A stretch of DNA of 64,000 bases from NCBI GenBank assembly GCA_976551045.1, contig CDPCPM010000073.1:28086001-28150000 (forward strand). Reading direction: 5' to 3'. Shown here in pieces: positions 1-10,136 of this stretch; position 1 is the first letter of the stretch; each line of letters begins with the position of its first letter. This DNA comes from Glaucostegus cemiculus. Its lineage: Eukaryota. Made by a program: the position numbers and the translations under genes. The notes under the pieces were generated by a model. The model was not told the DNA's origin and did no database searches. It saw only the letters and a program-made list of their open reading frames with translations.

Positions 1-1
1 T

Positions 2-529
2 AAAAATTTTGCTGATATTGCTCTTCCCTTAACTAATCTTCTGAAGAAAGGAGTGAAATTTGTTTGGACAGATTCTTGTCAAGAAGCATTTGAGAAGCTA
101 AAAGCCATTTTGTGTTACTATCCTGTGCTCAAGTCACCTGACTTTGAAAAGCCATTTTCATTAGCAGTAGATGCCAGTGATGAAGCTGCAGGAGCTGTGT
201 TGTTGCAGAAGAGTGACCTTGATGATATTGACCACCCTGTAGCTTACTTTTCAAAGAAGTTTAATGAGCATCAGAAAAATTACTCTACGATAGAGAAAGA
301 ATTGCTTTCACTTGTTTTAGCCTTACAACATTTCAATGTGTATGTTTGCCCAACTCAGAAACCATTGATTATATACACAGATCATAATCCGTTGGTGTTT
401 CTGAGCCGAGTGAAAAACAAAAACAGACGACTGTTAAATTGGAGTTTAATTCTACAAGAATTTGATCTCATGATAATTCACATTAAAGGCAAAGATAATG
501 TAATTGCTGATTGCCTTTCTCGATGTTAA
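2..529 (+). CDS. 3' end of Ty3/Gypsy LTR-retrotransposon pol (RT connection + RNase H), 5'-partial; Gmr1-like
   Basis: The frame is open from base 2 (KNFADIALPLTNLLKKGVKFVW...). It carries Ty3-type RNase H motifs: F.LAVDASD..GAVLLQ, HPVAYFSKK, YSTIEKELL, YTDHNPL, HIKGKDNVIADCLSR. The stop at 527-529 follows RNase H directly, with no integrase downstream. Confidence 0.93.
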   Translation, partial: KNFADIALPLTNLLKKGVKFVWTDSCQEAFEKLKAILCYYPVLKSPDFEKPFSLAVDASDEAAGAVLLQKSDLDDIDHPVAYFSKKFNEHQKNYSTIEKELLSLVLALQHFNVYVCPTQKPLIIYTDHNPLVFLSRVKNKNRRLLNWSLILQEFDLMIIHIKGKDNVIADCLSRC

Positions 530-651
530 ACGAAAGATATATCGTTACTAATCTGATATACTGTTATTATGTAGAATGATAATTACTAACATCACTAACT
601 ATATGCGCGGGTAATAATTTTTTTGAAAAAAAATTCTGTTTGTGTGGGAGG

Positions 652-1490
652 TGTTACGAAGTAGCTTACTTAGGCAAATATCCCTTTTAGATGGGACATT
701 GTGTGTGTGTGCAACGTATTACGTCAGCAGAAGATAAGACTAACGTGGTGACATCATTACAAGAGAGAAAAAGATAAGAGAGAGAGACAGACAGACAGAT
801 GGAAAGAGAGAAGAAGGAGAGATGGCAGCTTGTTTTGTTTCTGTCGTTGGATGAAGGACAGTAACAGTGTTTGTCACTAAAATCCGTGGATGGATTTCTG
901 GAGTAGTCCAGTGGAGTTCACTTTGTTGGTAACCTGTAGAAGGACACAGGTGTTTGCGTGAACAACCACATTTTGGATGCTCTTCCGAGTGGCAGATACT
1001 GTGGAACAAAGTGACGGAATTCACTTTGCTGCTAACCTGTAGAAGAACACAGGTATTTGCATGGACAGTCAACATACAAGGAGTTTTCAGGGTGAGAAAG
1101 TCACTACTGAGTAAGCCCTGAAGTGTCGTTTGAGTTCCGAGTGGAACATTTGGATTTCATGATTCCTCTCTAATCTCTCTCTATATCTATGTTTTGTCTT
1201 CGGTGGACGGTACTTGTGAAGAAGCCTTTTTTCGTGTTTCACCGTACGGCTTACTGAGCTGAACTTGAAGAACTAATTCCTGGACTTGGGAGTTTAGGAA
1301 CTTGCCGCACACACACGACGAGTAGTTTTTGGGGTTATAGTTTTGGAGTTAAGATTCTAACATTTTATTGTGTACTAATATACTAACTTTTTATTCTTAT
1401 TTTACGTATCATCGGATATAGTTATTAATAAAGTAGATTTAACACTGAAGTATGACTTGGTGTGTTTCTTTTGTTACTGGTTTCGTAACA
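652..1490 (+). mobile_element. 3' LTR of the Gypsy/Gmr1-like element (839 bp)
   Basis: Begins TGTTACGAA (652) right after a purine-rich GTGTGGGAGG (PPT-like) and ends TTCGTAACA (1482-1490), a perfect 9-bp terminal inverted repeat with TG...CA ends. AATAAA at 1427-1432. Confidence 0.88.
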
Positions 1491-1496
1491 GATGAG

Positions 1497-1923
1497 TGTC
1501 GGCTCTTGGACTGTACTCACTGGAGTACAAAAGAATTAGAGGGGACCTCATTGAAACATTTAGAATGTTGAAAGGACTGGACAGAGTAGATGTGGCTAAG
1601 CTGTTTCCATTGGTGGGTGAATCCAGGACTAGAGGGCACAGACTTAGAATTAGAGGGTACCAGTTTAAAACAGAAATGAGGAGAAATTTCTTTAGGCAGA
1701 GGGTAGTGAATTTATAGAATTCTTTGCCACATACAGCTGTGGAAGTCCAAAACCAGATGTTTTAAGGAGAAGATTGATAGGTTTCTAATTAGTCCGGGTA
1801 TCAAAGGATATGGGGATAAGGCTGGAAATTGGGGCTAGGTAGGAATAGTTTTAGTTTAGCTCATGGAGCAGACTCGATGGGCCAAATGGCCTTCTTCTGC
1901 TCCTTTGTCTTGTGATCTTGTGA
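1497..1923 (+). mobile_element. CR1 LINE 3' fragment
   Basis: Translates LGLYSLE.KRIRGDLIETFRMLKGLDRVD...RTRGH.LRI...RNFF.QRVVNL (CR1 ORF2 C-terminus). 3' UTR GACTCGATGGGCCAAATGGCCT and (TCTTGTGA)n tail. A same-family copy lies inverted at ~59168-59360. Confidence 0.9.
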
Positions 1924-1934
1924 CCTAGTATTCT

Positions 1935-2420
1935 CTCGTGTTCCCAGCATTGAGTCCCTAGTTACACTCATTCAGTTATGTTGGGCAGGCCACATTGATT
2001 GCATGCCTGATTCCAACCATCTGAAAACAAAACTGGAACATGCTGAATCTCGTCATGGGAAGAAATTACTAGCTAAAACAAAGAATAGATTTAGGGATGT
2101 GCTCAAAGCCTCCTTGAAGAAGTGCAATATCCCACCTGATTCCTGAGAATCTCTGGCTCATAACTGCTCAAAGTGGAGAAGGAGCATTTAGGATGGTACT
2201 GAGAACCTTGGGTCTGTGGATCAGAAACTCACACAAGCCCTGTGTAAACACTGGAAGAGCTGCACCTCCTCACAGTCTACCCATTCAGTCGCCTAGTCAG
2301 ATATCTCCTGCCCCTTCTGTTGAAGAGTCTGTGGTTCCCACAGTGGCTTCATCAGCCACCTCAGAAACCACTGTGGGAATGAATCGTCCTTGATCCCAAG
2401 AGAGCTGTAAAGAAGAATGA
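1935..2420 (+). mobile_element. Degenerate RTE-clade LINE 3' fragment
   Basis: Broken frame resembling the RTE ORF C-terminus (..WAGH....RFRDVLKASLKKCNIPPDS*ESLAHNCSKWRRSI). A related fragment lies at ~55540-55790. Confidence 0.7.
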
Positions 2421-2872
2421 CTGCAAACAAAAAGTCAGGTAGGAGTAACAAGTTAATCAACAGCTAACAGAGGTTGGTACAGGCTTTCAGAGATGTGTAG
2501 TAGCCTTGAATGTCAGCAATGCATACCAATAGAAGTGCTTTACCAACACAGGGACCAAAAACAAAACAGAGGACTGTGAAATATAAAGTAAAAGGATCCA
2601 AATGGAAAAGTGAGCTGGTTCAATGAATACCTGAAGGGAGATAAGGAGCATGTTAAATTAGGGAGATGAGTCTTTTCCCTACCTGTCCAGTGAAAGGATA
2701 TTGGTGTATGAAGAATGGGTGAATTCACTGTTGGCAATGGTTGGGGGAAGTGTGCAGAAAAGAAAAACATAGAAGGGTCTATGGAATGGTAAAGAAACAG
2801 ACTGGAATTAGGTTGATATAGAATGAAAATTCCCTGTGAAGCAGATGGAAACTGATTCCACAGCAACAAGTA

Positions 2873-3163
2873 CACAGTAGCATAGTGGTTAGCACAATGC
2901 TTTACAGCGCCAGTGACTCAGGTTCAAATCCGGCCCCTGTCTGTAAGGAGTTTGTACATTCTTCCCATGTCTGTGTGGGTTTCCTCCGGGTGCTCCGGTT
3001 TCCACCCACATTCCAAAGACGTACAGGTTAGGAAGTTATGGGCATACTATGTTGGTGCCGGAAGCGTGGTGACACTTGCGGGCTGCCCCCCAAAAATCAC
3101 TATGCAAAAGATGTATTTCACTGTGTGTTTCGATGTACATGTGACTAATAAAGATCTTATCTT
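2873..3163 (+). mobile_element. tRNA-derived V-type (HE1-like) SINE with Rex1/Babar-like tail
   Basis: Pol III A box TAGCATAGTGG (2878) and B box GGTTCAAATCC (2921). V-domain core GTGGGTTTCCTCCGGGTGCTCCGGTTTCC. Tail GTACATGTGACTAATAAAGATCTTATCTT. Confidence 0.85.
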
Positions 3164-3677
3164 GAAAAAGTAAAGAATAGAGTTGAGTAAAAACCAATGC
3201 CCTGAATTTTACCAACAAGGGTCCTCTACCTGCACTCACTACATGTTCTCCATTCCTCAAAATTTACTTTTGCCAGATCCTACCTTGCTTGTCCTAAAGG
3301 TGATAGAATTGAGCAGCAAGGCTCCAGATGGTGACGGTGAGTTGAGCAATCAGATCAAACGATGTCCATAGGCCAGACTAAATCCTTCAGAATGAAGCTC
3401 TTCTGGTAAAGCCCACCTCAAAATTTGATGGCTGTCATGACATTTAAAAATAACAAAAATGAAAGTTTTTAATATTAAATTATTTTTAAATATTTTAAAA
3501 AATTTTTAAAAACATTAAATCAAGCATAAATAATTAAAGTAAATGTTTTTTTTTTCATTTTCTTTCCTGTGGCCCTTCAATCCCCATTTCAATGAGTGAG
3601 CTTGTGGATCCTGCATTAGGTTTAACCTGGCAGAGGATCTGTGAGTCATTTCTCCAGCATAAATGCTATGGAATCTC

Positions 3678-4262
3678 TTCTGCTTAAATGGAAGGATCCA
3701 ATACCCCCTACCACTTTTCAATGGTTTTCTCATACTATATCATGTCTTAATTTGGAAAAAATTAGGAGTGGTACTGTTGATTCTTCGCTTAAATTTGAAG
3801 ATATTTGGAGTCCATTTATTCAATACTTTCATATGATGTAGTTTCCCCTTCTATAACTTTTTTTTTAAATTTACAGAAACGGAGCTGACGACATTATATT
3901 GTTCTATTTCTATTGAAAATTTTAGCCCAGTTTTTTTTCCCTTGTTTTGTTTTTTTACTTCTTTTTTTTTAAATTCATTTTCGGTTTAATTTACTCTATA
4001 TTGTTATGATTTTTTAAAATTGATTTGGGGTTTTTTTGTGTGTTTTTTTAATTATATAACAAATCTTTTTCTTTTCTATCTTTCACATTACACTTATGAA
4101 CCGAGAGATTGTTGGAACTATTTCTTTTATATATATCATATTTTATTGCCTTTTTTAATGATTACCTACGATTTACTTGATATTTCTATAATACATGTGT
4201 AAACATTGTTGTTATATATTTTAACCTGTAATGATTTGTTATCAATAAAAAAGATTGAAAAA
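3678..4262 (+). mobile_element. 5'-truncated L1-clade LINE with 17-bp target-site duplication
   Basis: ORF2 C-terminus LLKWKDPIPPTTFQWFSHTISCLNLEKIR...FEDIWSPFIQYF*, T-rich 3' UTR, AATAAA (4244) and A-tail. The direct repeat AAATGCTATGGAATCTC flanks it at 3661-3677 and 4263-4279. Confidence 0.88.
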
Positions 4263-4869
4263 AAATGCTATGGAATCTCAGCCAGCTTCTACACACCCCA
4301 CCCACCGGACTCCCCACAGAATTTGATGGAGGATGATAGCTTGGAAATGACTAGCAGAGCTTTGGACTTACAAAAAGTACAGAAAATGTGTTCATAATCC
4401 CCAAAACTCACAGGCACTTGCTTGGAGAAAGTTTGAGAAAAAGTCAGCAAAATCTAGACCAGTGGTAAAGTTGGAAAAAGCAGAGAAATTGAATTCAATA
4501 GCGGAAATGAAGGGATTTTTGCCCAAAACTGTATGGTACAATGTTATAATATCTACATTTGAAGATGTCTCATTTCTGGAATTAGTTCCATTGCTCTTTT
4601 TGATCGTCATTTTTTAATGATTCATCCCTCTGCTGAAAAGATGGACAGTCTTCCTGCGATTTAGGTCCTCCCTATGCCACACATAGTAACTCCCATTACC
4701 AACATGAAAGCTGCAGCAAGTCCTGACTTTCTGGCAGTAATCAAAAGACTTCACTATAAAGTGGTTATATGCAGATTAAAATCAAACTCGCTAGATTTAA
4801 ACAGATAAAAATGGTGTGATGTCAGACACTGAACAAACCTTGACCCAAAATTTTTTTAAAAACTGAAAC

Positions 4870-5660
4870 TAAAAGTAAAACGCTGGGAATGTCCAACAGA
4901 TCAGGCAGGGTTGTCTTTTTGGTTTCAGGTTTCAGCAGCAGCACTAACCTGCATTTCACAACTTTAACATGGCCCTTTCTTTGTTTTCTCTCTTTCTAAC
5001 TTTCCCCATTAATGTGGTAACTAGGTTACGTAAATATTGGTATCACCCAATTATCCTTTCTATCCTTCTTCCTCCCTCTCTGCAACTTAAAATTAACTTG
5101 GTTTCTGTCTAGGTGAAGGGTCTCGACCCAAAGCGTCAATCGTCCATTCCCTCTGCAGCTGCTGCCTGATCCGTTGAGTTCCTCCAGCAATGTGTTGCTC
5201 TAGATTCCCGCATCTGCAATCTTTCATGCCTCCCTCTTGTTTATGCACTTCTCCAGTTCTGATGAAGGGTGTTCAACTTGAAATGTTAACTCTGTTTCTT
5301 TTTCCACTGAGGTTGTTCAACCTGCTGAGTATTTTCAGCATTTTCTTCTTTTTAATCCTATGTTTCCTCGTGGTCCATACATCTATATCAGCCTTCAGTA
5401 TGCTTGATAACAGAACAGCCACATTTCTCAGGGGCAGAGCATCTAAAAATTCACAGCCCCCTGAAGGATGAAATTCCTCTTCATTTCTATGTTAAGAGAT
5501 TAACCACTTCATCTGAGACCATGACAAAAGAGATTGCAGATGTTGAGATCTGGAGCAAAAAGCAAACTGATGCAGGGTCTCGACCAGAAATGGCAACCAT
5601 CCCTTTACCTCCACAAATGCTGCTTGACCCGCTGAATTCCTACAGCTGTTTGTTTTCTTT
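4870..5660. mobile_element. Cluster of Penelope-like-element-derived short repeats with hammerhead-type motifs
   Basis: Repeated units [CTGATGA]AGGGTCTCGACC.GAAA..GT followed by GATGCTGCCTGACCTGCTGAG-like sequence at ~5110, 5254 and 5567. Related copies occur at ~12110-12260, 34008-34130, 52412-52460, 56600-56725 and 63755-63880. Confidence 0.65.
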
Positions 5661-5689
5661 CGTCTCAGTTGATGCCTTCCTACTCCCCA

Positions 5690-6025
5690 CCATGGAAAAC
5701 ATTTTCTCAGAATTTTGTCGGCACCTCAGAATCTAATTTGATTCCATGAGATCACATCTCATTCTTCTAACCACCAAACAATATCGGTCCCTTCTGCTCA
5801 ATCTTCCTTAGTCCTAGGAATCAATCTAGTGAACCATGACTTAGCTATACATATCTTTCCTTAGATAAGTAAACCAGAACTACATGCAGAACTCCAGATG
5901 TGTCTCACCAAAGCTCTGTACAGATGTAGCCAGACTTGCTTTTTTTTGTGCTCTAAAAACATTGCAATTGTTTTTTTTATTAGTAGCCGCATGCTAATTT
6001 CTGTTGTGGGAGGACGCCCAAATGA
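5690..6025 (-). mobile_element. Degenerate CR1 ORF2 fragment
   Basis: Similar to the antisense strand of the well-preserved CR1 at 27284-29770 (CCTAGGAATCAATCTAGTGAACC, CAGAACT..ATGCA..ACTCCAG). Confidence 0.55.
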
Positions 6026-6624
6026 GAACAGGCATTTAACCTTCTTACCTTTACCTTAAATAATACCCTCCTTTTCTATTACCTCGTATCTAAATTTCTC
6101 CCTCTGCAGACACCTTATATCCTTTCAGAACTTACACCCCCCTCCCCCCACCGCCACCTTTGGGGCACCAGATAACAGCATGAATTTTATTCTCAGATGA
6201 AACATAAAATATTAGCGCAGCATTTTTGAAAGAAACAATGCCAAGAACTAAATGGCGTGTTTATCCGCCTGATTTACGCTGGGAGGTATTTTCTGGTCGC
6301 ACGATTTGCTGTGATTAACCCTGGCAAGGGAGGTCGATTCATTAATTTAACGTCATAACTCCTCTAAATTCATGGCTGAATTTATGGATAGTTTGTCTTG
6401 ATGTTGCTGGCTTGGAGGCTATTCGTTTCGAATGTCCAGAAAAGAATGACGTCTTAAATAGATTTCTTTTAAAAGCCCAAAAGTGACAGCAAAAAATATA
6501 TTTGCGAGACAACCATACCATTTAATACACATCTGTTAAGAAGATAAGTTTTGCTGTTGAACTGATAATTACATCGATTGAGACGATCAAAAAATCCCAG
6601 ATGTAGAAACACGCTGAAGTAACA

Positions 6625-6885
6625 GAGTCGTGGAGGTCTACAAGCTCAGAAACGGGCCCTTCGGCCCTTCATGTCCGTGCCGACCTTTTTGCCCACCTAC
6701 ACTAATCCCGCTTGTCCGGAAAAGACCGTATCCTTCTGTGCCTTGTCTATTAAAGTGTCTATCTAAATACCTCTGAAATGCAGTAAAGAATCTCTGGAAG
6801 TCTTTTCTCTGGATGCTAGATCACTGGGAGTATTTGAAGAGGAGGTAGGTAATTTTTTGAAAGATCGGAGTCAAATAGCTACTCA
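6625..6885. mobile_element. CR1 3'-end fragments
   Basis: GAAACGGGCCCTTCGGCCC...ACACTAATCCC is an inverted CR1 3' tail. It is followed by a short sense CR1 fragment (GGATGCTAGATCACTGGGAGTATTT..GAGG). Confidence 0.6.
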
Positions 6886-7661
6886 TAGATTATCGACCTT
6901 GTTTTCTTGGTGCAATATTTCTGTGGTTTTAGACTGACCACTGAGGAAGAGGGTACCCTTGCTCTATCGGGTCTTGCTCATTGACCGCTATAAAATGCGA
7001 ATGTGATCTCAGTAGTTCTTCCCTGTCGCTGCTCATAGAACACAAACCACATCGGTCTGTGCACTTCAGCTCCCCCTTCCCATTCCTTTCCCCCGTTCGT
7101 AAATCTCCGGCTCACTCTCGAAACGGTCTGAGAGCAGAACCCGCGAGTTAAAAGTTCACTGATTTTCGATATGCAACAAGGATTCGAACTTTAGGACGTC
7201 ACTTTCAGTGCATCAAGGAACCTTTGACATTAATCCTTGCCAAAATGTCTTTTCATATGGGCACGTTTGACAGCCAGGGCAATTATGGTTCGTGGTGGTT
7301 TCGCTGATAACAAAAAAATAATAAAAGCATGAAGCTCTGTAACTTTCCCTGGCGTTTAATTTCTTTCTGTCCCACGCAGTTCAGGCCGGAGGGGGGTTAT
7401 CAAATATCTAACAAGTTCTAAATAATTGATGTCAAAATTGATAGACGAATTCGATTCAAGTTGAAATGCACAGCCATTTTTGTAGGGTAATATTCCCTTT
7501 ACGAGGAAGATAACAGCAGATTTAAAAAGATATCGTCTTGCAAGTTTACACTACTTGCGTCAAATCCTTTTAAAACAGTTAAACCATATTAAGTAGCAGG
7601 CTGATGTTTCAATGTTTCATATCCGGTATGTTGACGGAATTCCATAGCGTATCCCATATTC

Positions 7662-7671
7662 CCTTTTTGGG
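7662..7671 (+). promoter_or_regulatory. CArG-like box CCTTTTTGGG (SRF site candidate, CArG2-like)
   Basis: One mismatch from CC(A/T)6GG. Identical to the rodent SM-MHC CArG2 sequence as I recall it. Lies ~1.0 kb upstream of the putative TSS. Confidence 0.5.
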
Positions 7672-7862
7672 ATTTAATCCTGCTCGCATTCTGTTATAAG
7701 GGCAAACACGGAGAAAGGAACACTTCGTGCTTTCGTTTGGTTTGCGAGATACGCACAAGAGTTTAACGGACACCCATTTTTACAGCTGAACTATAATTAT
7801 CCACGATTGACGGAAGTATCTCCACATGGTTCATCTGGGAGGGGGAAACCTAGGAAACCTTT

Positions 7863-7872
7863 CCTTTTATGA
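7863..7872 (+). promoter_or_regulatory. CArG-like box ttCCTTTTATGA (CArG1-like)
   Basis: Matches recalled rodent CArG1 ttCCTTTTATGG at 11/12 positions including the leading TT, but the terminal G is an A. Confidence 0.4.
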
Positions 7873-8604
7873 GTCTTTTCCCGATCAGAAACATTACGCA
7901 GCATAATGCAACGGATAGAGTGATGCTATGGTCAGGACACAATGGACTGGCATCATTCCGGTATATCCCGTTCTTCCCCTTCACTTCTCAAATTACTGCT
8001 GGATCACACTAAGACCACATTAACTGTTCCAATGATTTGTGTCTGAGGGGAGTCTATCCTTTCAACTCCAGTACAGATAACCTTTACTGTCTGTCGCTCA
8101 GCCCGCAACCATCCCGGGTTAAGGGCAGCCCTCGCCCGGGGCCTGATGAAGGCGAGCTGACCAAGCAAAACTACCCATGATTTAGCATTGTGCCTAAGTG
8201 GGCGATAGAGGAAGGGGAAAGCAGCACAGTGCGGGAGGAAGCGTGTAGCCAGGCGGACATCGGGGAACGTTACAACTGGACTTCTGGTAATGTCACTAAA
8301 AAAAGTAAAAAAAACAAATTGTCTTGACAGTTACTCCCTAACCTTAAGGGCAAACAAAAAATAAAGATTCTTTTCATTGTAGTATGTTATCAAAATCCTT
8401 TAACAAACACGAAGGCTACAAGCCACAACCAGCCCTAAAGTTATTTATCATTCTTAGGAAATAAAATGAACACAACTGCGCGATATATACTTGACAATTA
8501 TATATTACTGCACACAGTGTTGGTAAGATATGGAATAGGAAAGGCATTGATAAAAGAGAAAGCTTCAAAGCCGCTGACGGGTACATCACAGAAGTGGTTC
8601 GGAT

Positions 8605-8652
8605 GGGAGGAGCCGCTCCGCCCCGTATTAGTTCAGGGACTCTTGTTAAATA
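8605..8652 (+). promoter_or_regulatory. Putative myh11 core promoter (GGGAGG/CCTCCC element, Sp1 GC box, TATA-like)
   Basis: GGGAGG at 8605-8610. GCTCCGCCCC (GGGGCGGAGC on the minus strand) at 8615-8624. TTAAATA at 8646-8652. Inr-like TTACTC ~29 nt further on. Confidence 0.6.
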
Positions 8653-8674
8653 GTGAGGATCGCGGGCACTGCTT

Positions 8675-8768
8675 ACTCGGTCTCTTCCCACTCTGTGCAG
8701 GCGTGTGTTTCTTCTCCTGGGCATTTACATCCGGACTCTCACCAGCTCTCCTACTTAGCCAGTCTTCA
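8675..8768 (+). other. myh11: Putative non-coding exon 1 of myh11
   Basis: Starts ~30 nt after the TATA-like box and ends at donor TCA|GTAAGT (GT at 8769). A splice acceptor sits only 14 nt before the ATG of the first coding exon, implying an upstream 5'UTR exon. Mammalian MYH11 has a short non-coding exon 1. The TSS is inferred. Confidence 0.6.
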
Positions 8769-10136
8769 GTAAGTCTTCGGGTCAAACATGGTTTGACTTG
8801 CGTTGAAGGTTTAAGTTTATATAGAGGCTAAAGAAATGGAGCGCTGGTATCCTGCGGTGTGCATGTGGTTTAAGGTCGTAGTACGCGCAGCGGTGAATGC
8901 TAAAACAGAGTCAATACTCTGGTACAATAATCCTTGTGGTAAATAAGTACTAGACGAGAGTAACGTGTGAGCGGTATTAGTGGTCACCACTCGTGGATCG
9001 GTAGATAAGCTCAATAGTAATTCCGAACAGAACTCATAATAGATATTTAATAACCGGTGCATGGATAGTTAGAAGTTCTAAAGTACAATATATACACGAT
9101 CAATGCTGTTCACAACAAGGGGCGCAGTGAACAACCATCGTTATACAGGTCGGTGTAGTTACAGTCTGCAGTCTTTTCTGTAATGATTACATTTAGCGAT
9201 AACGGGCATAGTAAGCAGCAGTGCTCATACAGAGTCTGTGTAAGAGTGTCAGAAGGAGAAGACTGTATCTATGGTAACTCTGGTTAAGGTAAGTCCAGAA
9301 TTAAGATGGCAAAAGCGTAAAGACGCATTTCAGGTCCTTGACATTAAATGTTAGGAACTCCAAATAAGTGTATTCTTTAAAACCTATCCGACGTGGGTAT
9401 ATGTGACCTCTGATTAACTCTGCGGGCATGGAATTCAAATTTATTCTGTGTACAAGATGAAAATAAATTAGAGTGCTATGTTCTTTTAACATTCGTTACC
9501 CACGCCACGGAGAAAAGGGGGTGGGGAAGGGTATAGGAGGAAGTGCGAAACTGAAACAGCTCCCAGAGCGGATAGATGGGGCAAAATTTACTGCATCCAG
9601 TTTTCCAGCATATATGTAACTCGTGTGATTATCGTTCACATAAGGTGACAATTGTAAACATTTATTTTTAAAAGTGCCTGTGTTTGAAACGGCCTGTATC
9701 CAATCAGATTGATGTATTTATTAGATTGGCGTCAATAGTTTCTGCGAAAGGAAGACTTAGATTTTAATTCTGTCTGAAGGGCGCGTCCGCGGTTTGCTGG
9801 GCTGCAGATCTTCTATCGGCAACTGAGTTTATTTAACGTGTTATTTTGCAGACTTTTGTTTTAAGTTGTACTTGCTAAGCGCTCCTGGGTTGTTCATGCT
9901 AAAGAATTCCCGGATACTGGGGATTTCAGCTCCAGCATCAGTCAAAGGAATAGATTAAGCCAGGACCAAGTTGTTAATTATCCGTAACATATAGAACATA
10001 ACAAAGCGCATATGACATTGAAGTTAAACAGCGGTCGGATTACTATACTAGCTGCTCAGGGAGCCTATCCTTATTTGATTAAAATGCCACTTGTTTAGCG
10101 GTTTGACGTGAGCCTCAAGCATCTCATTGCATTATT

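Noticed and set aside
2873-2935. tRNA-like sequences (also ~24630-24696 and 60521-60590)
   Set aside because: They are SINE heads continuing into V-domain cores, not tRNA genes.
8121-8175. CTGATGA inside the inverted repeat CTCGCC...GGCGAG as a possible hammerhead
   Set aside because: No properly placed GAAA or stem II/III.
8416-9062. 100-120 aa ORFs over the promoter on both strands
   Set aside because: No recognisable domains; expected by chance in GC/CpG-richer promoter DNA.
9301-9492. Minus-strand ORF with ELIR...YLEF, superficially like CEP20/FOPNL (the MYH11 neighbour in mammals)
   Set aside because: Motif spacing is wrong, there is no supporting exon structure, and it lies within putative myh11 intron 1. 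Treated as coincidence.
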